A DNA stretch of 52,766 nucleotides, from the NCBI GenBank assembly GCA_028826165.1, contig JAPDFW010000045.1, positions 1-52,766 of the forward strand, written 5' to 3'. Shown here one piece after another: positions 1 to 13,000 of the stretch (position 1 is the first letter of the stretch; each line of letters opens with the position of its first letter). The DNA is from Anaeramoeba ignava BMAN (taxonomy: Eukaryota; Protista; Anaeramoebae). The notes under the pieces were generated by a model. The model saw only the letters and a list, made by a program, of their open reading frames with translations, was not told where the DNA came from and searched no databases. A program made the translations under genes and the position numbers.

Positions 1-254
1 TAATGATCTAATTTTGGAATTGAATTAATAATTGGAACATTTGGATAATTCCAATTTAATTGAATTGAATTTAAATAACTTTCATAATTTAAATTTTGAA
101 CAGAATCAATTTTTGTTGTTAAATTAATTTGATTTGAAGGATTTCCACAAATTTGAGATGGTGTATTACATGCTTTGATTTGAATTGAATAATCAACATT
201 TCCTAATATATCTGAATAAATTGTTATAATTAATTTGATAAAAAATATTTTCAT
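1..254 (-). CDS. Fibronectin type III repeat protein, partial (runs off window; starts mid-domain, possibly a 5'-truncated fragment)
   Basis: Open frame from ATG 254: MKIFFIKLIITIYSDILGNVDYSIQIKACNTPSQICGNPSNQINLTTKIDSVQNLNYESYLNSIQLNWNYPNVPIINSIPKLDH. YxIQIxAxN strand followed by IxLxW matches an FN3 domain boundary. Not in the ORF track because there is no stop in the window. Confidence 0.6.
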   Translation of the reverse strand, partial: MKIFFIKLIITIYSDILGNVDYSIQIKACNTPSQICGNPSNQINLTTKIDSVQNLNYESYLNSIQLNWNYPNVPIINSIPKLDH

Positions 255-372
255 TAAGAATTATTATAATTAATATTATTAAAAAGAATAAAAATTGTTT
301 TCATTCTTTTTTTAGAAAAATGTTTATTTAAAATTTTATTCTATAAAAAAAAAGTTTTTATTTGAATTAAAT

Positions 373-801
373 TCATTTTTCAATTTTGATTAGATCTTGA
401 TTTGAATTTTCAATCTTAAATTGCATTTTCTTTTTTTGTTCACGATTTTGTTGTTTTTTCTTTTTTTGAATTGCTCTTAATCGTTGTTTAAGAATTAATT
501 CAGACATTTTTTGTTGATTTTTCATATTTGTGACAAGTCTTTTATTTGTTTTAATTTCAATTAAATTAACAAGTGAATCTTTTGCTGTCATTTTTTCTTC
601 TTTCATTTTATGTGTTTTTGTCACTTGTTTTTCTTCTTCTGGTTCTTCTGTCATTTGTTTTTCTTCTTCTTCTTGTTTTTGAATTGATTTATTAAATTTA
701 TCAACAAGAGTATTTAATTGTTCATCAAGAATTGGTTGTAATTTTTTCTCTAAATTTCTTTTATTACTTCTTCTTCTTTTACTTCTTACACTTCTTCCCA
801 T
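373..801 (-). CDS. Small basic coiled-coil protein, LLPH/LAPS18 (DUF2423-like) candidate
   Basis: 142 aa; N-terminus MGRSVRSKRRRSNKR resembles the MAKSxRSKxxR start of LLPH-type proteins; Lys-rich C-terminus. Confidence 0.5.
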   Translation of the reverse strand: MGRSVRSKRRRSNKRNLEKKLQPILDEQLNTLVDKFNKSIQKQEEEEKQMTEEPEEEKQVTKTHKMKEEKMTAKDSLVNLIEIKTNKRLVTNMKNQQKMSELILKQRLRAIQKKKKQQNREQKKKMQFKIENSNQDLIKIEK

Positions 802-899
802 TTAAAAAAAAAAAGAAAAAAAATGAAATTAAAAAAAAATGAAAAAAAAATTTTTTTTTTTAAATAAATTAAATTATTTTAATTATAATTTTGTTAATT

Positions 900-1760
900 T
901 TTTTTAATTTCTTTTATAATTAATTTCTAAATGAATTTTAATTTAATTTTAATTTTAATTTTGTTCCACTTTTTGTTTCAATTTCTTTATAATTTGTTTC
1001 TAATTTGTTTCTAATTTCTTTCTAATTTGTTTCTAAATGAAATTTAATTTTAATTTTAATTTTGTTCCACTTTTTGTTTCAATTTCTTTATAATTTTAAT
1101 TTCAATTTCTTTCTATTTTGTTTCAATTTCTTTCTAATTTCTTTCTAAATGAAATTTAATTTAAATTTAATTTTAATTTTAATTTTGTTCCACTTTTTGT
1201 TTCAATTTGTTTCTAATTTGTTTCTAATTTCTTTATAATTTATTTCTAAATGAATTTTAATTTAATTTTAATTTTAATTTTGTTCCATTTTTTGTTTCAA
1301 TTTCTTTATAATTTTAATTTCTTTTATAATTTATTTCTAAATGAATTTTAAATTTCTTTCTAATTTAATTTAATTTTGTTCCATTTTTGTTCCATTTTTG
1401 TTCCATTTAATTTTTTTTTTTTTCACTTTTTGTTTCAATTTCTTTTCTAATTTTTGTTTCTAAATGAAATTTAATTTAAATTTAATTTTAATTTTGTTCC
1501 ACTTTTGTTTCAATTTGTTTCTAATTTTAATTTCTTTTCTAATTTATTTTAAATTTAATTTTGTTCCACTTTTTGTTTCAATTTGTTTCTAATTTGTTTC
1601 TAATTTGTTTCTAATTTATTTCTAAATGAAATTTAATTTAATTTTAATTTTGTTCCATTTTTTGTTTCAATTTCTTTCTAATTTGTTTCTAATTTGTTTC
1701 TAATTTTAATTTCTTTCTAATTTCTTTATAATTATAATTTTAATTTCTATTTTAATTTCT
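900..1760. repeat. Degenerate composite intergenic minisatellite
   Basis: About ten copies of TTTTGTTCCA(C/T)TTTTTGTTTCAATTT interleaved with TTTCTAAATGAA and (TTTCTAATTTG)n blocks. Confidence 0.85.
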
Positions 1761-1763
1761 AAA

Positions 1764-4700
1764 TTAATTTAATTTCATCGAATTTAAATAAAAAGTAAAT
1801 AATTCTTTTAGATCTTTTAAAGAATTAATTAAATATTCAATTTTTAAATTGGTTTTCTTATTTAAATATTTGAAATTCTCTCTTCTTTTCTTAAAAAAAT
1901 CTCCATTTTCATCAAATAAAAACCAAAAATTAGAAAGTGGATTTAAATCATCATCTTTTGAATTAACAAAAAATTTCCTCCATTCCTTATAAGAAAGAGT
2001 AGAAACTTGAAGAGAATTTGAATTCATAATTGAGATAATTTCATTCCAAGAAATTTTTTGAGAATTAAATAAATGAAAAACTTGACCAAATAAATCAGAT
2101 TGAATAGATAAAGAAACAATTGATTGAGAAACAAAATCAACAGGTAAACAATCTTCTAATAAATCTATATCAGGAGTAATTTTCATATGATAAACTCCCT
2201 TTATAAAACTAACAAGGAAATCTTTTTCGTTATAACAATTATTTAAAGAATCTCCCATAATTCTTGATGGTCTGTAAATTTTAATTGGAATCCCCTTTTC
2301 CTTTGCTTTCAAAATCAACAATTCAGAAACGGTTTTTGTTTGTGTATAACCTCCACTTGAATAAAGATTATTGTGAATATACAATGGAAATGCTTCATCA
2401 ATTTCTTCATAATCTTCCTCATAAACTGTCAAAACAGAAATTGTTGATATATAATTGATTGCTTTTAATTGATTCAAACACGATAACTTGATGATTTCTT
2501 TTGTTGAAAGGATATTTGAATTCCTCACTTTTTCATAAGGATAAATATAACTAACAGTTGCTCCACAATGATATATTAATGATACTTTTTTGGATAATTC
2601 GTTGAATTCATTTTCTTCCATTCCAAGATTTGTTTTGGATAAATCTCCTTCTATTGCTATAATTCTTTCTTTAAATTCTTCTTTCCAAATCAAATTTTCT
2701 TTCATTATTCTTTCAATTTTTTGTTTTCCATTTTCATTCTCATTTGCTCTAACTAAACAATAAATTGGTGTTTTTTGTTGTTCAAATTGTTTTAATAAAT
2801 CAAATAATAAAAATGAGCCAAGAAATCCTGTTGCTCCTGTTAAGAAAATACCATCTGGATTCTTCAATTTTTCCAAATCAAATTTCAAATCAATTTTCTC
2901 CAATTCAAATTTTAAATCTTCAGAAATTAACTTTTTTATTGTTGAATCTCCAAAATTTTCATTATTTTCTTTATTGGTAATAATTTCACTTTCTAAATTT
3001 TGAATATTATGAATAGAATTAATGTATTCAACCAATTTTCTTGGTGTTTGATTCATAAAGAATTGGTTAATTGGAATTTTCTCTTTCATTTCCATATTAA
3101 TTTTTGATTGTAAACTTAATAAGATCAATGAATTCCCTCCAAGTTCAAAAAAATTACTATCAAAAGATATTTCCTCAATTCCCAAGATTTTTTGCCAAAT
3201 TGAAATCATTTTCTTTTCCATTTCTCCCAAAATTTCTTGTTCAATTTTCACAATTTCCTTTTCATTAATTTTGGGTTTTTCCAATAAATTGTATTCAATC
3301 TTCCCATTTTGATTTAGTGGCAATTCATTCAAAATTACATAAAAACTTGGAACCATATATTTAGGAAGTTTATTTGAAACAAATTTCTTCAATTCTTCAA
3401 TCAATTTTTCTTTTTCCAAAATTTCTGGTTTTTTAGTAACAATATAAGCAGTTAAATAGCAAGAATTATAATCATTTTCATTAAAAGAAAACATTTTAAT
3501 TGCTGCTTGTGAAACATATGGAAACTCTTGAATAATTGATTCAATTCCTGATATTTCAATTCTATATCCTCTTAATTTTATTTGAGAATCTTTTCTTCCA
3601 AAAAATTCAACATTTCCTTCATGATTAAATCGAACAATATCTCCAGTTTTATATAATCTTTTCTCAGAATTTTTACTAAAAGGATTTGCAATGAATTTCT
3701 TCTTTGTTAAATCTGGATTATTTAGATATCCTTTAGACAATCCAATTCCTCCAACAAATAATTGACCTTTGATTTTAAATTTTAAATAAATTTTTTAGAT
3801 AAATTTTTTAATTATTATTTAATTATTATTTACCCCAAACACCAATAGGAACAGGTTGTAAAAATTGATCTAAAATATATAAATAAGTTTTTGCTAAAGG
3901 TTTCCCAATAAAAACTCGATCCGAATTCTTGTCACATTTCCAATAACTTGCATCAATCGTAATTTCTGTTGGTCCATAAGCATTATAAAATGAAACATTT
4001 TCAGGAAATATTTTGAAAAACTTGTTCATAATATCGTATTTAAGTGCTTCTCCTCCACAAATTATAATCCTTAAAGATTTCAACTTATCTTTGAAAATGT
4101 TGTGATTCTCTAGAAATACTTGAAGATAAGAAGGAACAAATTCAATCACAGAAACTTTTGTAGATGAGATAATTTCCAAAAGTTGAGGAATATCAAAATG
4201 AATATTTTCTGCTCCAATAACAACAGTTCCACCAACTATAAGTGGCCAAAATATCTCTTCAATACAAACATCAAAATTGATTGATGTGTAATTTAAGCAT
4301 TTTATCTTTTTCATTCAAGTTGACAAAGTTTTTGTACAGATAATAACCTTAAAGTTATTGCTTGGTGTTGGATCATAACTCCTTTGGGTTTTCCTGATGT
4401 TCCAGATGTGTAAATAACATAAGCTAAACTTTTCCCATCTATTTCTATTTTTTGCAGTATTTCCTCATAATTAATATTTTCTTTTTGCTCCCAAATATCA
4501 TTTGAATCAATATTGATAAAATTTCCTTCAAAAAATGAGAATTTGGATTTTGTTTCTTCATTGATAATAATTGATTTACACTCTGAATCCTTTATAATAT
4601 TTATCAATGATTCTTGTGGTAAATTAACATCAATAGGTAAAAAACAACAACCTGCTTTAAGAATTCCAATAATTGCTATTATAAGTGGTATTGAACGTTG

Positions 4701-7700
4701 TATCCCAATAGCAATCAAAGAATTTGGGATAATTTTATATTTGTTTATCAAATAAACTGCAAATTGATTAGAATTTTCATTTAATTGTTGATAAGTAATT
4801 TCCTTCCCAAGATAATTCAATGCAATATTTTTGGGTTTTTCTTTAGTAATCTTTTCAAAAATTTTATGTAAGAGTTTTTCATCTTCAGCAAATATTTTTT
4901 CTTTCTTTTCTTTGTTTAGCTTTTTATAATTAAAAGTATATAATATTTTTTCTTTTTCCTTTTCTGAAAGTAATGGAATAAAAAATATTGATTCATTTCC
5001 TTCATTTTTCACAATATATTCAATTAAATTTGTCAAATTATTTGCCATTTGTATAATTGTTTCTTTTCTGAATAAATCCACAGAATATGCAAAAGTGAAC
5101 GTGATATCTTCTTTATTTTGAGATTCACGATTTATTTCTTGGCATTCTAATGATAAATCAAATTTGGAACTTTGATAATCAGCATCATAAATTTCTTGGG
5201 ATTTCACATTTTTTAAATTAAATACACTTCTATCTTTTAAATGCTCATATGAAAACATTACTTGGAAAAGAGGATTATGTGAAGGATTATGTGCAATATT
5301 TAGTAGCCTCACAATTTTATCAAAAGGTAAATCTTGATATTTATGCGCTTCTTCATGTATTTTTTGAATTTCTCTTAAAAAAGAATTGAAACTCTGATTT
5401 GTATGCTCATCAAATTTTGTTATTATTGGAATTGAATTTACAAACAATCCAATAATATTTTCTGATCCTGAATAATGTCTTGATGAAAATGGAACTCCAA
5501 CAATAATATCATTTTGATTAGAATATCTATATAATAATATTTGGAAAACTGATAGCATAACTACAAACATTGTTGTGTTATTTTTTTCTGCAAAATTTTT
5601 CAATTTTTTGAATAATACTTGATCAATTCCAAATTCATAATAGGAACCCTTGAAACTTTGTTTTGTTTTTCTTGGGAAATCAAATGGTAAATTAAGATGG
5701 AAAGAAGATCCACTTAATTTTTGTTTCCAATATTCAAAATATTTGTTCATTTTTTCTGATTTGAACCAATTTTTTTGAGAGAGAATAAAATCAATATAAT
5801 TTAAGTTATGATTTATTTCATTCAATTCTTCTTCAGATACAATTCCTTTTTTCTCCTTGTTTTCAATATAAAAATTATAAAATGAAGATATTTTCTTATT
5901 CATGATATCATGAGAAAATCCATCAAAAATAATATGATGAACACAAATTAAAAGTAGATGGTTATGACCATAATGACAACTTCCACAATTATCTATATTT
6001 TGTTTTTCATTTTCATTATCAATAATGCAAAATAATTTAACTCTATATAGAAAATCGTTGAATAAATCAAAATGTTTGCTTGATTCTTTTCGAATAATTT
6101 GATCAACTTCTTTTGAGGAAATTACACTTCTCTCGATTTGGAAATTTCTATTTTCAATAAATTCTTGGTAATAGTTATCATTTTTCATCAAAATTCTGGA
6201 TCCAAAAATGGGATATAATTTTAACAATTTAGTAAATGAATATTCTAAAGCTTCAATATCTAATTCACCATTTAATTTTATTGGTATTGAGATATTATAA
6301 TTTCCTGGTGATAATTCCTCAAGAAAAAGTAATCTCTCTTGAGCAAATGATAAAGGATAAGGTGATTCTACATTTGGAAATTTTTCAATCATAAATATTT
6401 CATCTTCAAAATTTTGGTTTTTAAAATTTTTAATCAATTCTGAAATTTCCATAATAGTTGGGAATCGAAATATAAGATCTATTGGTAAATTGATTTGGAA
6501 AATATTTCTAATTCTTGATGCAAATAGAAGAACTGATAAAGAGTGTCCTCCCAAAGAAAAGAAGTTATCATTAATTTTGCAATTATCAATGTGTAAAATA
6601 TCTTTCCAAATGCTTTCAATTTGTTTTTCAATTTCATTTCTTGGTTTGAATTCTTCTTTTTCATCATTTAATTCTTCATTTTTGGAAAATTTTAAATAGT
6701 TTGGATCTTGAGCCATCTTCATTAATTTCCCTCTATCAATTTTCTTTCCAACAGTTAAAGGAAATGAATCAAGAAATATCATAATTGAAGGAATCATTGC
6801 TTGATGTAATTTTGGTTTCAAATAATTTAAAATGTTTTTTTTCCTTTCCAAAAATATTTCTTGATTTTCTATTTTTTGTGAATCTTGAGAATAAATAATA
6901 AAAGCAACCAAAATTTGTTTTTCTTTTAAAAAGCAAACAACTGAATTAACGATATTTGGATGTTTATTTAATACTGTTTCAATTTCCATCAATTCAATCC
7001 TAATTCCTCTTAATTTAATTTGATTATCGACTCTTCCCAAAAATTCAATTCCTCCATTTTTCATAAATCTTCCTTGATCTCCTGTTCGATATAAAATCTT
7101 GTTTGAATCATCTTTCGAAAAAGGGTTTGGAATGAATTTCTTTTTGGTAAGCTCTTCTTTGTTGATATAACCTTGAGAAACACATTTTCCTGAAACATAA
7201 ATTTCACCAGGAGCAAAAATAGGAACAAGATTTAATTTTGAATCAAGAATATAAATGGAAGTGTGAGGGATAGTTTTCCCAATAAGTATTTTTTCATTCC
7301 TTTCCAATTTTGAGTCAATTCTATATGATGTAACAATAATTGTTGTTTCTGTTGGTCCATAACCATTGAATAATTTAATTGAATTTAGTTTCAAATCAAA
7401 ATAAAGATCCACAACATTTCTTTTCAATTCTTCTCCACCAGAAATTATTCTTTTCAAAGAAGATGCTAATCTATAAGCTTCTTTATTTTCCAAAAAATAT
7501 TTCAGGAAAATTTCCAGTAAAGATGGAACAAAATTCACTGTTGTAACTGAATGTTGCCAAATTAAATCAAAAATTAAGTTGATATCTCTAAATTTTGATT
7601 GAGGAAGAATCACAACTTCTCCTCCTGTTGTTAATGGAATGAAAATTTCTTTAATTGAAGTATCAAAACTGTAAGATGCTTGATGAAGAAATATTTCTTT

Positions 7701-9815
7701 CTCTCTTTCTTGTTCGTCTTGATTAATGCAATATGCTGTAAGTAAACTATCAATTCTATATGATAAATTTGAATGTGAAATCATGACTCCTTTTGGTTCT
7801 CCAGTTGATCCAGAGGTGTAAATAATATAAGCCAAATCACTAAGTTCATTACATATTTTTGGATTATCTTTACTGATGTGAGAGAGTTGTACTTTCTTCT
7901 TTTTTTGGGAATTTTCTGATATTTTAATAGAAAAATTTCCATTTCCATTTCTATAAAAATTATCCAAAAAAATTATGTAATTTACTGAATTTGGTATTAA
8001 ATTGGAATATTTTTCAAAAGTTAAAATTGTATTAATTTTTGTGTCTTTGATAAAATAATTAAGTCTTTCTTGGGGATATATAGGATCTAATGCAACATAA
8101 CATGCTCCTGATTTTAAAACACTTAAAATTGCAATTATTAATTCAAATGAACGATCAAGACAAATTCCAACAAAAGTATTTGGTTTTACTTGGCAATAAT
8201 CTCTTAAAAAATGAGCCAATTTATTTGATATTTTATTCAAGTTTTTGTAGGTTATCGATTGATTTTGATAAATTAAAGCAATTGAATCAGGTTGTTTTTG
8301 GACTTGAGCTTCAAATTTTTGAAAAATAAAAAATTGATTTTGAGATAAATTTGTTGAATAATCAAAATTTGGATGAATTGAATCATCAAATGTTGATAAA
8401 TATTCAGAAACTAGTAAATTTGGATTTTGTGAAGTGCTTGAAATCAATTTACAGTAACAAGTAATTAGTTGATTGATAAAGTCTAAAGAAAATATTGAAG
8501 TGTTATATTCCACACCAAAACAAATGGAATCATTTTGTTTTTCATAAATAAATGAAAGTTTGTTCATAATTTCTGCAATTTCTCCAGGATATGATTTGGT
8601 TTCAACATCTTCAAATTTTACATTCATAGCAAAATTTGTTGCTGAAAAAGAAACTGAGTACAAATTTGTTGCGTTAATTTGAACAAAATTTTCATCCTTT
8701 CTAAGTAGTTTGATTATTTCTGATAAAGGTAACCATTCAAATTCTTTTGTTTGAGTTCTCATGTTTTGATTTTGAGAGAGAAGATGAAGAAACGACAAAT
8801 CTTTTTTGAATTTTGATTTTAAAGGAAGATTATTAACAAAAAATCCAATCAAATTAGGGAAAATTTTCCTATAAAACATCCCACTTGAATAACCAACTGT
8901 AATTGTTTTTTGTTTTGAAAATTTAAAGAGTAAAACTTGGAAAACGGATACTAAATAGATGAATAAAGTTGTTTTGTATTGTTTAATAAAATTTTCTATT
9001 GAAAACATTTCTTGTTTGTTGATATGAAAATAAATCCGTTTTGCAGATTCTGTAAAGGAGTCTTTGTTGTAATGATAGCATGTTGGAATTTTTAATTCAA
9101 GAGAAGAATCCTTGAAAACATCTTTCCAGTAATTTTCTGCTGATTCAATTTTACTGGATTTTTGCAAAAGTTTTTCTTCAAATTTTAGATAATCTTCCAT
9201 TGTATTTCTTTTAGAATCCAAATTTAATTCAATATTTTGGGATTTTGGATCTGATTTGAAATGAGAATAAAGATTTCTTTTAGAATCCAAATTTAATTCA
9301 ATATTTTGAGATTTTGGATCTGATTTGAAATGAGAATAAAGAAGAGATAAATTATTGAAAAATAAATCTATTGAATAACCATCAATGATAATATGATGAA
9401 AACAAAAAACAATTTTAAATTGATTTTGGTTGAATTGAATAATAGAACAAGAACATAAAGGGAAGTTTTCCAAATTAAAATGATTATAAATTTTTGATTT
9501 GACAATTTTGTTAATTGATTTTTTTGGGTTTTTATTTTGATTTAAATTAATAATTTCAATTGGAATTTCTATATTTTTAGGATGAATAATTTGATAAATT
9601 TTATCATTTTCTTCTTTAAAAGTTGTTCTAAATGATTCTTGGTTTTGAATTAAATAAATCCAACTTTTTTGAAAACTTTCTAAATTAAATTTTCCATTTA
9701 TATCAATTATCCATGAAAGATTATATTTAGAAGTATTTGGATTTAATTTATAATCAATAAAAAGTCTAAGTTGATGAGAAGTTGAAGGAAAAATTTTAGA
9801 ATTATTCATTTCCAA
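1764..9815 (-). CDS. Bimodular non-ribosomal peptide synthetase C-A-T-C-A-T-R (terminal thioester reductase), one GT-AG intron 3833..3767, apparent frameshift near 4311-4320
   Basis: C1 HHIIIDG; A1 YTSGSTGEPKG, FDTS, YGPTE, YRTGD, GRVDNQIKLRG; T1 FFSLGGHSL; C2 HHIIFDG; A2 YTSGTSGKPKG, FDVC, YGPTE, YKTGD, NGK; T2 FFELGGNSL; R domain TGATGFLG and YTQTK. Removing the 67-nt intron gives PVPIGVWG-QLFVGGIGLSKGY in frame. Confidence 0.95.
9204..9341 (-). repeat. 69-bp in-frame tandem duplication inside NRPS C1
   Basis: LYSHFKSDPKSQNIELNLDSKRN occurs twice in tandem. Confidence 0.9.
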
Positions 9816-9825
9816 ATAAAATTAA

Positions 9826-10012
9826 AAAAAAATGAAAAAATGAAAAAATGAAAAAATTAATTTTATTTTTTTCTAATTCTGTTCTCACTTTAAAATTAAG
9901 AAGAAGAAAAAGAAAAAGAAAAAGAAGAAAAATTTAAAAAAGAAGAAAAGAAGAAAAATTAAGAAAAGAAGAAAAAAAATTTTTTCATTTTTTCATTTTT
10001 TTTCTCATTTAA
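9826..10012. promoter_or_regulatory. Bidirectional promoter region (NRPS / RasGAP) with mirrored TTTTCATTTT initiator-like clusters
   Basis: Three AAAATGAAAA copies next to the minus-strand ATG and TTTTCATTTT copies toward the plus-strand ATG. Confidence 0.6.
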
Positions 10013-10070
10013 TTTTTTTAATTTTTCTTTTTGTTTATTTTCTTTTATTTTATAAAATTCAAATAGTGAA

Positions 10071-13000
10071 ATGATATTAAATATAAATCAAAAAGCAATT
10101 GCAAGATTTAATTATGCATCAACTGATCCAAAAGTACTTTTTTTTAATGAAAATGATGAGATTATAATTAACGAACAAATTAATAAAAAATGGGTTAAAG
10201 GAAAATTAGTTAAAAATAATATTGAAGGGATTTTTCCTTGTAAAAATTAAAATTAAATTAAATTAAAAATTAAATTAAAAATTAATTTGAATAAAAATAG
10301 TAAATTATGTAAAACTCCAAAATCCAATAGATCCTAAATTAGATCCTAAATTAAAATATCAAAAAAATTTTAATCAAGAAACTATGGAAATTTTTTTAAC
10401 TGATTTAAATCCAGAAACAAGCTATCTGGAAAGTGCTTTAATAAAAAAACAAACGGTTCCTTTAATAAAACTTTATAAACCAACTCGTTTACCATTATTT
10501 CCTTTTTCTAGAAAAGGTTGGTTAATGATTGGCTCTTCAAATGGAAAATGGAAGAAAAAATATTGTGTTTTGGAAAATCTTTCTTTAAGATATTTTCCTT
10601 CAGAAAAGGAAAATGAAAATGAAATGAAATCAATTTATATTGATAAAATTATGTGTGTAATTCGTGATAGTTTTCAAAAAACAGAGAAAAATTCAGATTC
10701 AAAAACAAAAGCAAATTCAAATCAAAAATCAAAATCAAAATCAAAATCAAAATCAAATAATAAAAATGATGAAAATTTTACATTTAGAATTATTACTAAA
10801 AACCAAAAGAATTATCATTTTCAAGCAAATAGTAAAAAAGAAATGGATGATTGGATAAATATAATTTGTTTGTTCCATGATTTATTGAAATTTTGTTCTT
10901 ATTCATCAACTACTGAAGATATTCCAACATTAAAATCATTGATTCAACTAATGGAAATTGTTTATCGAAGAATTCTTGAAATTAAAAGCAAAAATAATGA
11001 CCAAGAAAACGAGGAAATTCAAACAACATCTAAAACAATTGAGTTGTGGATGAATTTGTTGTTGTTCAAATATTATTTAGTATTAAAGGATAAATTCAAT
11101 GGAGAATCTTATGCAATTTCAATAAGAGACCAAGAATCAGAAGCACAACATGATTTAGAATTAAGGAAATATGATTACCTCAAAATATTGTTTGCCAAAC
11201 AAGAAGAAAAATGGATTGGCAAAGGAGAAAAATCTGATGGATATTTTACACAAGAATCAATAGCGCTATTAGCTTTTGATTCCAATCAAGAAAATGGACA
11301 AAAATCAGATGATAAATTTGATGACGAACCTTTATTTTTTGAAGGAAAAGAAACAAGGAATTTTGTTTCTAATGATTTACCTGAAGGATTTTTAATCAAC
11401 AAAGCTCTCTCAATTCTTAATTATGAAACGAAGACAAATGAGTTTGTGATACAGAAAAATGGGATTCTTTGTTATGAAACTACTCAAGGATGGAAAAAGA
11501 AATATTTGATATTGAACAATTTTTATTTAAATATTTATGCTTCCGACAAGGAAAAAAACCCAGAACAAACAATTCTACTTGATAAAACAACAAAAATTGA
11601 AAAATTACAACCAAAAGACAAAAAGAATATTTTCGCAATCTCAACAAAGGAATATGCTATTTTTAAATTTTATTCAACAAATCTTTTCGTGATTCAGGAA
11701 TGGATTCAAATGATTCAAATATCTATTTATTTACTCAATATATATGAACCAATCAATTCTGAAAATCGCGAAATTGAATCAAAAATTCATGAAATTGAAG
11801 AATTATTGAAATGGATTCAAGAAAGCATTTTGAATTCTGAAATTTTGATTTCAAGTTTGAGAAAAATGGAAAACGTTGGATTTTTCCAAAATGTTTCAAG
11901 AAGACTTTCCTCAAGTCGAAAAAACGAAAAAAATACAATTCTTCAGGATTTCCAAAATCAGCCATTTTTACAAAGACCAAGACAAAAAATACGAAAAGAA
12001 AGAAGTCTATTAAGCACAACTTCCAAAAATCAAACAGAAGAAGAAAGAAGAAAAACAATAGAGAATTTATTGGATCTTGTTGATGATGAAATTGCAAAAG
12101 AGCAGAATGAGGAATCTAATTCTCCACAAAAAAACATTTTAAAACCTGGGATTGTTAGACTTAATACTGATAAAAAAGTTACCAAACGAAATATATACGA
12201 ACTTGAAAGATATCGAAGACGTATTCCAAAAACACCAACAAAGAATATAAACGATGTCAGCTACTATCGAAATATCCGCATTTCAAGTTTATTTCTTGAG
12301 ATTAGTTTGTTTAAGAAAATCAAAAGAAAATTAGTTAAAATTCTTGGAAGATTGAAATTCCCAAATTTATCAAATGATGCTTTTATTGGTTTTACTCTTT
12401 CAAATACAAAAATCGAACCTTCCAACTCTTCTTCACATTTAAATCAGAAAAATATTTTGAAACATGATATTGTGAAAAAACAAGTATTGAAAAAAGAGAT
12501 TGCGAAACCACAAGAAATTAAAAAAGATGAATGGTTTCAAATTGAAATTGAAAACGAAAACGAAAACCAAGAAAGTCGATTCTTGAATATTAAATATCAA
12601 AACGAAATTTGGCAAATTGAAAAATCTAAAGTTATGAATTTCAAAATTGAATCAGATTTTAATGTTTTTAAAATAGATAATAACAATAATTTATCAAATT
12701 CCCAAGATAATGAAACAATTCAATTAAAAATTGATATTTTGGAACTCGAAAAGCTTAAACTCACACAAAAAGAAGCAATTTCACCTCACTCACCCTTATC
12801 AAAAAGAGTTGCTCCTGTTCGGTTCACATATTCATTTTTGAGTGATCTTGAAACCAATTCACGATCTCGAATTTATTCGTTCAATTTAAACAATTTACCA
12901 AGAAAAAAATCTATACAATTATCACATTATTATTTTGAGAAATGGAAACAGATCAATTTAAATGATGAGCAGCAATTTCCCATTTATTGTTCAGATTCGC

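Noticed and set aside
900-1760. CRISPR-like repeat-spacer array
   Set aside because: The spacers are themselves low-complexity repeats, spacing is irregular, the context is eukaryotic and there are no cas genes.
1764-9815. Bacterial contaminant, or Lys2-type aminoadipate reductase
   Set aside because: It has a spliceosomal intron and host-type promoter motif; two full C-A-T modules differ from the single A-T-R of Lys2.
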